This document shows, in pieces, positions 30,678 to 39,819 of a DNA stretch of 64,000 nt. Source of the DNA: Acidimicrobiales bacterium (GTDB taxonomy: Bacteria > Actinomycetota > Acidimicrobiia > Acidimicrobiales > Palsa-688); NCBI GenBank assembly GCA_965276635.1, contig CBDIBC010000002.1, positions 102,528 to 166,527 on the forward strand, read 5' to 3'. The stretch's first letter is position 1. Each line of letters opens with the position of its first letter. Below the pieces are notes generated by a model. It saw only the letters and a program-made list of their open reading frames with translations, ran no database searches and was not told where the DNA came from. The position numbers and the translations under genes were made by a program.

Positions 30678-31358
30678 CTAGGGCGTCGGGGTGTCTCGAA
30701 TGGGGAGAAATCCACAGGGGTCCTCGGCGACGCGCACGAGTCCACCGTCGATCTTGTCGAAAACGACGACCGAGCCGGCACCGCTGTAATTAACCAGCGG
30801 CACCACCAACCGACCTCCGCCAGCGAGTTGGTCCCTCCATGACCAGGCGACTCTTGTCGCTCCGGTCGTGACGATCACCCGATCGTATGGCGCTCGTCGC
30901 AAGCAGCCTTCCCGGCCGTCACCGATGACCACCTCGATGCGGTGCTGTCCGAGTCCAGCGAGGCTCCGCAGGGCTGCATCGGCCAGGTCCCGCTCGAGCT
31001 CAACGCTGACTACGTAGCCGTCGTCTCCTGCAAGTGCCGCCAGGAGTGCAGCGTTGTAACCGGTTCCGGTGCCGACCTCCAAGACGCGATGCCCCGAAGC
31101 TACCTGCAACCGCTCCAACATGATTGCGACCATCGTCGGCTGGGAAGCCGAACTGATCGGTGAACCGTCATCGGCGTGCTTTACCATCACGGCTTCGTCG
31201 AGGTAGGCACCGTGGGCGTCGACCTGCGGGACGAAGAGGTGGCGAGGCACGTGCTGCAACGCTTCTGCCACCGAGGCGGTGACGACCACTCCCGCGTCTA
31301 TCAGTCGCGCAACCATCTGCGCTCGGAGCACTGTCGCCGCTTGTTCCATCGTAGGCAC
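30678..31358 (-). CDS. pcm: protein-L-isoaspartate O-methyltransferase family (PIMT)
   Basis: VLEVGTGTGYNAALLAALAG..; PCMT fold motifs. Confidence 0.75.
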   Translation of the reverse strand: MPTMEQAATVLRAQMVARLIDAGVVVTASVAEALQHVPRHLFVPQVDAHGAYLDEAVMVKHADDGSPISSASQPTMVAIMLERLQVASGHRVLEVGTGTGYNAALLAALAGDDGYVVSVELERDLADAALRSLAGLGQHRIEVVIGDGREGCLRRAPYDRVIVTTGATRVAWSWRDQLAGGGRLVVPLVNYSGAGSVVVFDKIDGGLVRVAEDPCGFLPIRDTPTP

Positions 31359-31384
31359 GGGCCTGCCGGATGTAGCGGTTCAAT

Positions 31385-32617
31385 TCAGACGTCGTCGGCC
31401 CCGAGGCGACGATTTCCTTGCGGTGCGGTGTCCCGACTCGCAGCACCGCTTGGTAGATCAACCGGGGGGAGCCAACCCTTTCGATCCGTGGCAGCCGGAC
31501 TGTCGGCGCCGTTGCTGGTGGTGCGGCCGACGCCACCGCGGCCGATCCCGGCACGGAGGGACTCCAGGACGGCGATCGACTGGCCAACGAGTCCGGCGAC
31601 CGTCTCGTTGTACCCATCGGCGCCGTTGAGGACCGTGATGTTGGCGTTCGTCAATCCGCTGCCAATTCCTCTGACAACATCCGGCAGCATCGCGATCAGC
31701 TGTTGGTCGAGGGCGACGCGGTCGTTGGCTGCGGCGGCATCGGCGCGGACTCGCGTCGCCTCGGCTTCGGCAGTGGCAAGCGCCTTGATCCTCTCCGCCT
31801 CCGCCTCCGCGGGACGGACTACCTCGGCGATGAGCTGCTGCTGACGAAGCTCGGCGTTACGCTCGGCCACCTTCGCCTGCTCGCCAAGAACGTCCTGCTG
31901 GGCCTGAGCGGCGGCTAGCGGACCGGCCTGCGCCGCCTTGGCCTGCGCGGCCTCGACCTCGGCATCGTACTGAGCCCTGGCAATGGAGGTCTGACGGGCA
32001 TACTCGGCCTGGTTGCGGTCCGACTCTTGGCGCGCTTGGGCAGCCGCCTGATCCGCCGCGGACTGAGCGATAGCGGCCGTCTGGTTGACGGCCGCCACAT
32101 GTGGCTGGCTGAGCGCCTTGATATACCCGGACCCTTGATCGTCGATTGACTCGATTTGCAGCGAATCGACCACCAGACCAAGCTTGGCCATCTCGGGTTT
32201 TGACTGATCGAGGACTTCTTCTGCGAGCTTCTGCCGTTCGCGGATGAGGTCCTCGACTGTCATGGATCCGACAATCGATCGGAGATGACCGGCAAAGATG
32301 CGCCCAGTGAGGCGCGTCATCTGGTCCTCGTCAGCAAGAAATCGGGTCGCGGCGTTGGTGATCGACTCTGAATCGTTACCCACTTTGAATGCGATGACCG
32401 CCTTGACGGCCAGCGTGATCCCTTGCTGGGTCACACACGGTTCAAGAACCTCCGCCTCCTGCATCGATAACGTCAGAAAGGACACCTTGGAACGGAGCGG
32501 GAGAACGAAGGCTCCGTGGCCAGTCACGATCTTGAAAGGCGTGGCACCTTCCCCGCGGCCCTTCGATCCGCTAATCAGCATCGCTTCGTCAGGTGAGGGT
32601 ATGCGCCAACCAAACAT
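31385..32617 (-). CDS. SPFH/band-7 (flotillin-like) protein
   Basis: MFGWRIPSPDEAMLISG..; long Ala/Gln/Glu-rich coiled coil; RBS GAAGGAG. Confidence 0.8.
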   Translation of the reverse strand: MFGWRIPSPDEAMLISGSKGRGEGATPFKIVTGHGAFVLPLRSKVSFLTLSMQEAEVLEPCVTQQGITLAVKAVIAFKVGNDSESITNAATRFLADEDQMTRLTGRIFAGHLRSIVGSMTVEDLIRERQKLAEEVLDQSKPEMAKLGLVVDSLQIESIDDQGSGYIKALSQPHVAAVNQTAAIAQSAADQAAAQARQESDRNQAEYARQTSIARAQYDAEVEAAQAKAAQAGPLAAAQAQQDVLGEQAKVAERNAELRQQQLIAEVVRPAEAEAERIKALATAEAEATRVRADAAAANDRVALDQQLIAMLPDVVRGIGSGLTNANITVLNGADGYNETVAGLVGQSIAVLESLRAGIGRGGVGRTTSNGADSPAATDRKGWLPPVDLPSGAASRDTAPQGNRRLGADDV

Positions 32618-32669
32618 AGAGAACTCCTTCGTGATAGTTGCCAGTCGGGCGGAATGTCTCAGGGCGCAC

Positions 32670-32975
32670 CTAGTCGCTGAACCAGGTGACATCGACACTA
32701 CGTGCGCCACGTGTGTCGATCACGACTACCGAGACGCCCACTTGGATCTCTTTGTCAGCGTAGGCGAGGAACGTCTCGGTGCCGCCCCGGATCTGGACTG
32801 TGATCTCGCCAGCCCGATCGGTCCCGGGAATTCGGGTGATCACCCGGCCCAGCTTCCCGACAACGGTCTCGGCACTGCCGTCAGCCACCCCCTCGCTCCT
32901 TTCCCGCCCCACGGAAGATCCGCGGTGACCTACAGGACACAGTCTGTCACGGCGGCCCACCTTCAGCCCCAACAT
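32670..32975 (-). CDS. NfeD-like OB-fold protein (SPFH partner); start may be the GTG at 32888
   Basis: GKLGRVITRIPGTDRAGEITVQIRGGTETFLAYADKEIQVGVSVVVIDTRGARSVDV. Confidence 0.55.
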   Translation of the reverse strand: MLGLKVGRRDRLCPVGHRGSSVGRERSEGVADGSAETVVGKLGRVITRIPGTDRAGEITVQIRGGTETFLAYADKEIQVGVSVVVIDTRGARSVDVTWFSD

Positions 32976-33071
32976 GATCGGCTTCTGCTGAAGATCGCAA
33001 TGTGCCCGCAGCTGCGTCGCGCAGATCCCCGGAGGGAAGGGGCTTCTGGTGGTTGCTCCTCACCCGGCGGC

Positions 33072-33632
33072 CTAGCCGCCCGTGTAGGCGATGACCACGC
33101 GACGGTTCTGCTGCCGGCCGCCAGGATTGTCCGAGCCGTCGGGGTTGGTGTTGGGCGCCACGGGGTCGGCCTTGCCCAAGCCCTGAGCCTGGTAGGCGAG
33201 GGCACCGTTGCCGACGTTGGCCTGCAAGAAGGCCTGCACCGACGCGGCGCGGTTCTGGGAGAGGGTTTGGTTGTAGCTGTCGGTGCCGACGGAGTCGGTG
33301 TAGCCGTTGATCGTCACCGTGCCGGCCCCAGAGGACTTGAGCGTGCTGACGACATCGCCGAGCACGGCCTGGGAATCAGGCGAGAGGGTGGCCACGTTGA
33401 AGGCGAAGAGGATGTCGCTGCCCACGTTGAAGGTGTCGGGAGCGGGCTGGGTGGGGGCGATGCTGGTGATCCGAGGCTGCAGGCTCACGATCCGGGGCTG
33501 CAGGGTGACAACTCGCGGCGTGCCCGGTGTCGGCACCGAGCTTGCCCCCGCCGGGGAGGCCGCCGCCAGTGCGGCGCCGATGGCTGCGGCGCGCCGCGGC
33601 CGGGATCGCCACCGTCGAGGTCGGTCGGTCAT
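33072..33632 (-). CDS. OmpA-family protein with signal peptide
   Basis: MTDRPRRWRSRPRRAAAIGAALAAASPAGASS signal; TINGYTDSVGTDSYNQTLSQNRAASVQAFL...RRVVIAYTGG. Separate from the kinase only if the 8-C run at 33699-33706 is really 7 C. Confidence 0.6.
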   Translation of the reverse strand: MTDRPRRWRSRPRRAAAIGAALAAASPAGASSVPTPGTPRVVTLQPRIVSLQPRITSIAPTQPAPDTFNVGSDILFAFNVATLSPDSQAVLGDVVSTLKSSGAGTVTINGYTDSVGTDSYNQTLSQNRAASVQAFLQANVGNGALAYQAQGLGKADPVAPNTNPDGSDNPGGRQQNRRVVIAYTGG

Positions 33633-35338
33633 CGGCCCAGCGCAACGTTGGCGAAGGACCCCATGCCGCTGACGAACGACACCGTGGTGACATCCGCAGG
33701 GGGGGGCGGCCACCAGCGCGGCTTCGTAGTTGGTCACCGTCTGCTGCTCGCTGTCGAAGTTCTGGCCGCCGAGGACGCTGCAAAGACACGTGGTGTCCTT
33801 GGCCGGATCCGCCATGAACGTCTCGTACTCCTTGAGTCCGGCCGGGTCGAGCAGGGCGACACCGCTGACGGTGTGGCCAAACGCGCCAGCAGTGGCGAGG
33901 TTGAAGCTCAGTCCCTCCTCCACGTTGGTCTCCGTGCCGATGCTCGCGGCCGACGGATCGACCTTCAGGGCGGATACGACCAGCACCGCGCCCGGCTGGG
34001 CCCGCTGCACGACATAGAGCTGCAAGGTGATCCCGGCGATGGAGGACGCCATGCTGGCGATGGGCTGGTCGGGCACCTTGGTGACGACGGGGACGGAGGT
34101 GCCGGCGAGCTGGAACGTCATCGTCCGGCCCGATCCGGTGGTGGCGGGCTGGGCGCCGACGATAGGTGCGGACCCCCCGGTGCGGCGGGTCTTGCCGTTC
34201 CCCTGAGTGGCGAAGAGGCCGATGGCCACCAGCGCGATGACCGCAGCCACGGCCCCGGCCGAGACTGCGAAGCGGCGGCGAAGGTGACGCACGGATGTTC
34301 GGTCAGGCGCTGGCGGACACACCGGCTCCGCCGTCGCGACAGGTTCGGGCCGCAAGGTGGAGGGCGGGGCGGGCTGGGGTACGGCGGTTCCCTCCATGTC
34401 CAGGGCCGGTGGCGCGGCGGCGAGCGCGTCGGTGGCCGCAGCGACGAACGCGCCCGCGGTGGCGTACCGCTGGCCCCGCTCCTTTGCCGTCGCCTTCGCC
34501 AGCACCTCGTCGAGGGTGGGAGGCAGGTTCGATCCGCCGCCGCTCAGCGTCGGCACCGGTTCGTTGACCGTGGCCCACAGCCGGGCGGCGGTGTCGGCGC
34601 GGTGGAACGGGACCCGGCCGCTGAGGGCGGTGTAGAGCACGGCACCGAGGGCGTAGATGTCGGCTTCCCTGCCAACCTCCTCACCGCGGACCTGCTCGGG
34701 TGCCACATAGTCGACCGTGCCGATCCAGCCCTGGCTGCCCGTCAGGCCCGGGTCGAACCGGCCCGCTTGACCAGTCCGAAGTCACCCAGGTAGGCGTGCT
34801 CGCCACCCTCGCGCCACTCAACCAGGATGTTGGCCGGCTTGACGTCGCGGTGGAGCAGCCCGGCGGCGTGTGAGGCATCGAGGGCCGACGCGACCTGCGC
34901 CACAAGACCGAGCGCCCGGCGCGGCTCGAGCGCCCCCTCATCGTCGATGATGGACCGCAGATCGGCGCCTTCGATCCACCGCATAGTCACGTACAGCAGC
35001 CCGCCCTCCTCGCCCGCGTCGATGATGGGAACGACGTGGGGATGCTCGAGCGAAGCCGCCAGTCGGCATTCCTGGGCGAAGCGCTGACGAAAGCGAGGAT
35101 CCTCGGCGAACCCAGGGGCGATCACCTTCAACGCCACCGTGCGGGCCAGGGCCAGATGGGTGGCTCGGCAGACCACCCCCATCCCGCCTCGGCCGGCGAT
35201 CTCCTCGATTCGGTAGCCGCCGAAGGTCATCCCGGGGCGCAGCTCCGCTGCAGGCCGCTCCGACCCGTCAGGCCATCCCCGCGCATCGTCTGTCATAGCT
35301 GAGAGTATGACAACTGCCCCGATCCGGAGGGAACCCAC
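33633..35338 (-). CDS. transmembrane Ser/Thr protein kinase (frame change near 34745; C-terminus depends on the 33699-33706 C-run)
   Basis: GGMGVVCRA, HRDVKPANILV, DFGLVKR, then TVDYVAPEQ in another frame after gacccgggcctg; TM helix FAVSAGAVAAVIALVAIGLFA. Confidence 0.65.
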
Positions 35339-35377
35339 CCTCAGGGTGGAAAAGCACTACCTCCAGACTGTTGTCCC

Positions 35378-36124
35378 ATGCCAGATGACCACGCACGTGA
35401 GGCCAAGCCCCCGATGACCCCGACACGGCAGGACGATCGGGACAGCCTCCGGTCCCGTTCGCCCGAGGAGATGAGGGCACGATCGGAGGCCCGCCGTCGC
35501 GGACTGCCGATCCTCGTGCTCCGTGAGCCGGACGGCTTCCAGCGCATCGTCTGTCTCGACTCGCCCGCGGGAAAACTGACCATCGGGCGTCGCGAGGACA
35601 ACGACATCGCGGTCCCCTGGGACCCCAACACCTCGCGCCTCCACGCCGAGCTGCAGCTGCTGGGTGGGGAGTGGGTCATCATCGACGATGGCTTGTCGCG
35701 GAACGGATCGTTCGTCAACGGCAGGCGACTGACCAGACGCCGTCGACTGCGCGACGGCGACCTCATCTCGGTTGGCCTGACCGCGCTCCTGTATCGCGCG
35801 CCGCTCGAGGCGATCGCATCAACGGCGGCGAGCGACCAGCTCCCGGCCGTCCCTCGGCTCACCGACGTCCAACGAGGTGTCCTGACCGCCCTGTGCCGTC
35901 CCTGCCGAGACCTGGAGGAACGACGACCTCCAGCCACCAACCTGCAGATCGCCGGCGAGCTGAGCCTCAGCGTCGACGCGGTCAAGACCCACCTTCGGGT
36001 CCTGTTCGCCAAGTTCCACGTGGAGCAGCTCCCGCGCAACGAGAAGCGAGTACAGCTGGCGATCGAGGCCATGCGCCGAGGCGCGGTCGTACCCGACAAC
36101 CTCGAAGTGCCCGAGAGCGGCTAA
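35378..36124 (+). CDS. FHA-domain protein with C-terminal LuxR-type HTH
   Basis: GKLTIGRREDNDIAVPWDPNTSRLHAELQLLGGEWVIIDDGLSRNGSFVNGRRL; LTDVQRGVLTAL...VKTHLRVLFAKF. Confidence 0.75.
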   Translation: MPDDHAREAKPPMTPTRQDDRDSLRSRSPEEMRARSEARRRGLPILVLREPDGFQRIVCLDSPAGKLTIGRREDNDIAVPWDPNTSRLHAELQLLGGEWVIIDDGLSRNGSFVNGRRLTRRRRLRDGDLISVGLTALLYRAPLEAIASTAASDQLPAVPRLTDVQRGVLTALCRPCRDLEERRPPATNLQIAGELSLSVDAVKTHLRVLFAKFHVEQLPRNEKRVQLAIEAMRRGAVVPDNLEVPESG

Positions 36125-36203
36125 CGGGCCCAGCGCCCGGGATTATCTGGTCGTCAACGTCGCCGCCGCAGGTAGCCCTGGTGCGACGGAGACGCTGCTG
36201 TTC

Positions 36204-36607
36204 ATGAACGCAGCGGGGAAGTGGCATCCAGCAGACCGGTGCGACGCCCACGCCATGTGGCTCGTGGAGCTCGTCGAGGAGCCTGGCGTCACACCTACGG
36301 CCGCACCCTGGCAAAGGCCCGGGCGAACATCCGGGACGCCGCGACGCTGTGGTTCGAGACCGACCCCGACGCCCTGCCGCTCGTCGACGACGTCCGCCTG
36401 CCGGCCAAGGTGCGCACCAGCGCCGCCAAGGCCCATCAGGCCCGCCTGCGGGCAGCCGTCGCCCAGGAGGCGGCGGCCACGGCGACCAAGGCCGCAGCGG
36501 TCGCCCTGGTGCGAGACGGGCAGCTGTCGGTCCGGGACGCCGCCGAGATCCGCGGGCTGTCGCACCAGCGCGTCCAGCAGGTGGTGATCCATGCCGGCGA
36601 CGACTAG
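36204..36607 (+). pseudogene. hicB: hicB antitoxin, degraded second copy (single-nucleotide frameshift, divergent N-terminus, no hicA)
   Basis: About 435 bp at roughly 90% identity to 54768-55203; a missing c in gtccacacc shifts the frame. Confidence 0.6.
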
Positions 36608-36789
36608 GCCGCCGAGTAGGTCACCAACCGCTTCACCACGTATATCCACCCACCGGGTGGCCCCGGCGGTGTTGGCGCACCCCAGCTCGCCGAGGCCGGC
36701 CTGCGCGCCCGCAGCGCCCAGCTCTACGCCCGCATCGCCCGACGAACCGCCCTTGCAGCCGCCGCGGGCGCCCAACTGCACCGTCGGTC

Positions 36790-37220
36790 ACTTCCTTACC
36801 ATGGGTTCGGCGGGGAGCGAGCTTGCTGTGTGCTCCGACCTGGACGCTCCTTCGCCCCCCTCGGGGAGCGAATGCCTCGGGAACGATGAGATCGACTGGG
36901 AACCAGATCTCTTCGCGGCCTGCCCGGCGGCTCGTCACCCACGTCCCCGGCTCGTCGTGGCCGTCTCGCTGCATGAGACTGAACCCGGCGTCGGACATGA
37001 CCTGCTCGAGGAGGGGATCGTCGTCGAGCAGCGTCGGGTCGAGCGCCAGGTCGCCGTCGAAGGTGTAGGCGGCGACGGCGAGGTCTCCGCTGCCGGTGCG
37101 GAGGTAGACGGCCTGAGCGCCTACGACGACCAGGGCCGGGCGATGTGCGCGGCGGGCTTGCAGCGCGTCGAGCAACACTCGACGGGCGACCACAGTGCGG
37201 ATGTCGTCGGCGATGGTCAT
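36790..37220 (-). CDS. putative nucleotidyltransferase-fold (AbiEii/MNT-like) protein, probably C-terminally degraded
   Basis: MTIADDIRTVVARRVLLDALQARRAHRPALVVVGAQAVYLRTGSGDLAVAAYTFDGDLALDP; high GC3; ATGA overlap with an upstream small ORF. Confidence 0.3.
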
Positions 37221-38131
37221 GCCTTGCCGGCAGGGGGCGGCAGCCGATCGATCGGGGTCCGCCACTCCGCTTCATGGTCGGTCATCCACTCCAAGAGGGC
37301 TTCGCCTTCGGCGGGCATGCGCCCGTTGCCGGAGAGGGAATCGAACGATCTGACTGAGCCCGGCCCAGACGATGCCGTCGGCGGCCCGCGCGCGGTCGAA
37401 CGGACCGTAGTTCGACGGTCGCACCAGCACGACGTCGGCGCCTTCGTCGGCCTCGAGGCCGACGGCGGTGAGGTGCGCTGCGGGCAGCCGAGGCGATCGT
37501 TGTCCGGGGGGCGTACCGTCGGAGTCCGGACCCGGAGCGGCCACGAGATCACGGCCCGCCGCGCTGTCCTGGCCGACGTCGTCGCCCCCCCACCTGTCTC
37601 GCGACCTGCTCGCGGCCGAGCCCCTTGCCGAGGCTCTCGACGCCGACCAGGGCCGGTTCCAGTGGGACGCCAGCACGGTCAAGGTCGATTGGGCGCTGTC
37701 CGCTCCCGTGCTGTGGTTCGCGGAGGACGCTCGCGGAGCTGCAACGGTGCACGTCGCCGACAGCCTCAACGACCTCCCCCGGTCGTCCGCCGCCCTGGCT
37801 GTGGGCGACGTCTCGGCCTGGCCGTTCCTACCGCTGGGTCAGCGGGGCATGACCGACCCGATTCGCATGCCGCCCGGGCGGAGACCGTGGGGCCTACACC
37901 CACGTGTCTTGCGCCATCACCGGCGACGACAGCGGCGAGATCAGCGGGCGGTGGGACGCAGACGACGAGGCGGCGATGGCCCGGCGCTGCGTCGCGGCAC
38001 CAGCCGCCGCGTACCGCTCCGGGCCGAGCGGCGGGCGAGCGTTCTATGCAGCAACGCGTTGTGCTTCCGACGCGCTTCTGCACGAGACGACAGTGCCCCG
38101 AGCACCGTGCATGAAGCGCTGCTCCACCCTC

Positions 38132-38752
38132 TCAGCCCTGCAGCACGGCCGGGTCCCGTAGCACCGCCTGGTCGTGGGGCACTGGGTCGGTCATCTCGGC
38201 GACTCGCCGGTCGAACGCCGCGCAGAGTAGGTGGACGGCGACCTGGTGTACCTCTTGGACGGTGGGCGTGCCGGCGGCGACGATCGCGACGGTGTCGTCG
38301 CTGGCGGCGGCCAGCGGATTGGGGGCCGGCCCGGTGAAAGACCACACCACCATCCCAGCTGCCCGAGCGGCGTCCGCTGCGGCGACGACGTTCGGCGAAC
38401 GGCCGGAGGTGGAGAACGCGATCAGCACGTCGTCGGGACGTCCGTGGGCGCGCACCTGGCGGGCGAACATCTCCTGCGGGCCGTAGTCGTTGGTTAGGGC
38501 GGTGAGCGCGGAGCCGTCGACGTGGAGTGCGAGAGCGCTGAACGGGGGCCGCTCCTCGAGGTACCGGCCGACCATTTCTGACGCCAGGTGCTCGGCGTGG
38601 GCCGCGCTGCCGCCGTTGCCGACCGTGAGCAGCCGGCCGCCGTCGACCAGGCGGTCGGCCAGGCGCTTGCCCCAGGCCTGTACCTGTGTCAGCGCTGTCC
38701 GCTCGAAGTGATCGAGGGCGTCGCGCAGGGCGTCGAGGTGGGTGCCGGTCAT
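38132..38752 (-). CDS. gmhA: D-sedoheptulose-7-phosphate isomerase
   Basis: SIS domain; LTVGNGGSAAHAEHLASE..IAFSTSGRSPNVV. Confidence 0.85.
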   Translation of the reverse strand: MTGTHLDALRDALDHFERTALTQVQAWGKRLADRLVDGGRLLTVGNGGSAAHAEHLASEMVGRYLEERPPFSALALHVDGSALTALTNDYGPQEMFARQVRAHGRPDDVLIAFSTSGRSPNVVAAADAARAAGMVVWSFTGPAPNPLAAASDDTVAIVAAGTPTVQEVHQVAVHLLCAAFDRRVAEMTDPVPHDQAVLRDPAVLQG

Positions 38753-39819
38753 CGGTGTGTTCCTTCGCTGGTGGTGGCCGCCTTCACCGGCCGATCGGCG
38801 ACGTCGGCCAAGTAGGCGATATCAGCGGGGGCGGTGACCTGAGCGAGCGCGGCGACGACGTCGTCGACGCCGATGGCGGCCAGGCCGGGGTCCATTAGGG
38901 TGGCGTGGGGGTCGCCGCGCCGGCCGGCCCAGAGCGCCACGTGCTGGGGGCGCCCGGGTGGGGGGCCCCACTCGTCGGGCGGCACTGGGCCGTAGAGGGT
39001 CACCGACGGGGTGCCCGAAGCGAACGCCAGGTGGGCGACGCCAGTGTCCCCGCTCACCACCCGCCCCGCAGCCTGCACGGCGGCGATGAGCCCGTCGAGG
39101 TCCGTCGAACCGGCCAGCACCGGCGCCGGGACCGCGGCACGGCGGGCTACGTCGAGGGCCAGGTCCCGCTCAGCGACGGACCCGGTGAGCACCACCCGGC
39201 GCCCGGCGCGCGCCTCGGCGTCGAGGACGGCGGCGAAGCGCTCCGAGGGCCAGCGCCGGCTTGGCGCTCCGGCACCGGGATGGATGATCGTGGCGCCTAC
39301 GGCCGTCGGCGGCGCCGCGACCGGCGACCGGCCAAGCGCCAGGTCGGCCCGATCGGCGGGGATGCCGTTGGCGTCGAGCAGCCGGCACCAGCGGGCGACC
39401 TCGTGCTCACCCGGCCGCCAGTCCGGGAAGCCCCGGGTCTCGGGAATCGCCGGGTGGGCGAAGGCGATGAGCCGCTCTGGGCGGAGCGCCAGGAGGAGGG
39501 GCTGGCTGCCCGGGCCCCGCCCGTGCAGGTCGACGGCGACGTCCGGGAAGGCAAGCGCCGGGTCGAGGGACGTCAGCTCGTGCCTGTCGCTCAGGGCGTC
39601 CGCCAGGCCCTCGCGACGGACGAGCGGCCAGAAGGCAGCCGGGGCGACCAGGGTGAGGTGGTAGTCGGCGAAGTGGCGGCGGAGGGCCCGGAGCGCAGGG
39701 ATGCCGGTCAGCAGGTCGCCGAGGTTGAGCGCCCGCAGCACTACGACTCGGGGGCGCCCCGTCAAAGCCGGCGCCCCGTCGACGTCCGGCACCGGCGTCG
39801 ACGTCCGGCACCCGGTCAC
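38749..39819 (-). CDS. glycosyltransferase family 9 (heptosyltransferase)
   Basis: VVVLRALNLGDLLTGIPALRAL..TGSVAERD..VVSGDTGVAHLA; GTGA overlap with the hldE stop. Confidence 0.75.
   Translation of the reverse strand: MTGCRTSTPVPDVDGAPALTGRPRVVVLRALNLGDLLTGIPALRALRRHFADYHLTLVAPAAFWPLVRREGLADALSDRHELTSLDPALAFPDVAVDLHGRGPGSQPLLLALRPERLIAFAHPAIPETRGFPDWRPGEHEVARWCRLLDANGIPADRADLALGRSPVAAPPTAVGATIIHPGAGAPSRRWPSERFAAVLDAEARAGRRVVLTGSVAERDLALDVARRAAVPAPVLAGSTDLDGLIAAVQAAGRVVSGDTGVAHLAFASGTPSVTLYGPVPPDEWGPPPGRPQHVALWAGRRGDPHATLMDPGLAAIGVDDVVAALAQVTAPADIAYLADVADRPVKAATTSEGTHR

Noticed and set aside
36591-38114. 507-aa plus-strand ORF
   Set aside because: Translation is low complexity (runs of R, G, P, A). 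It spans regions whose coding signal is better explained by a minus-strand nucleotidyltransferase-like gene and by shorter fragments.
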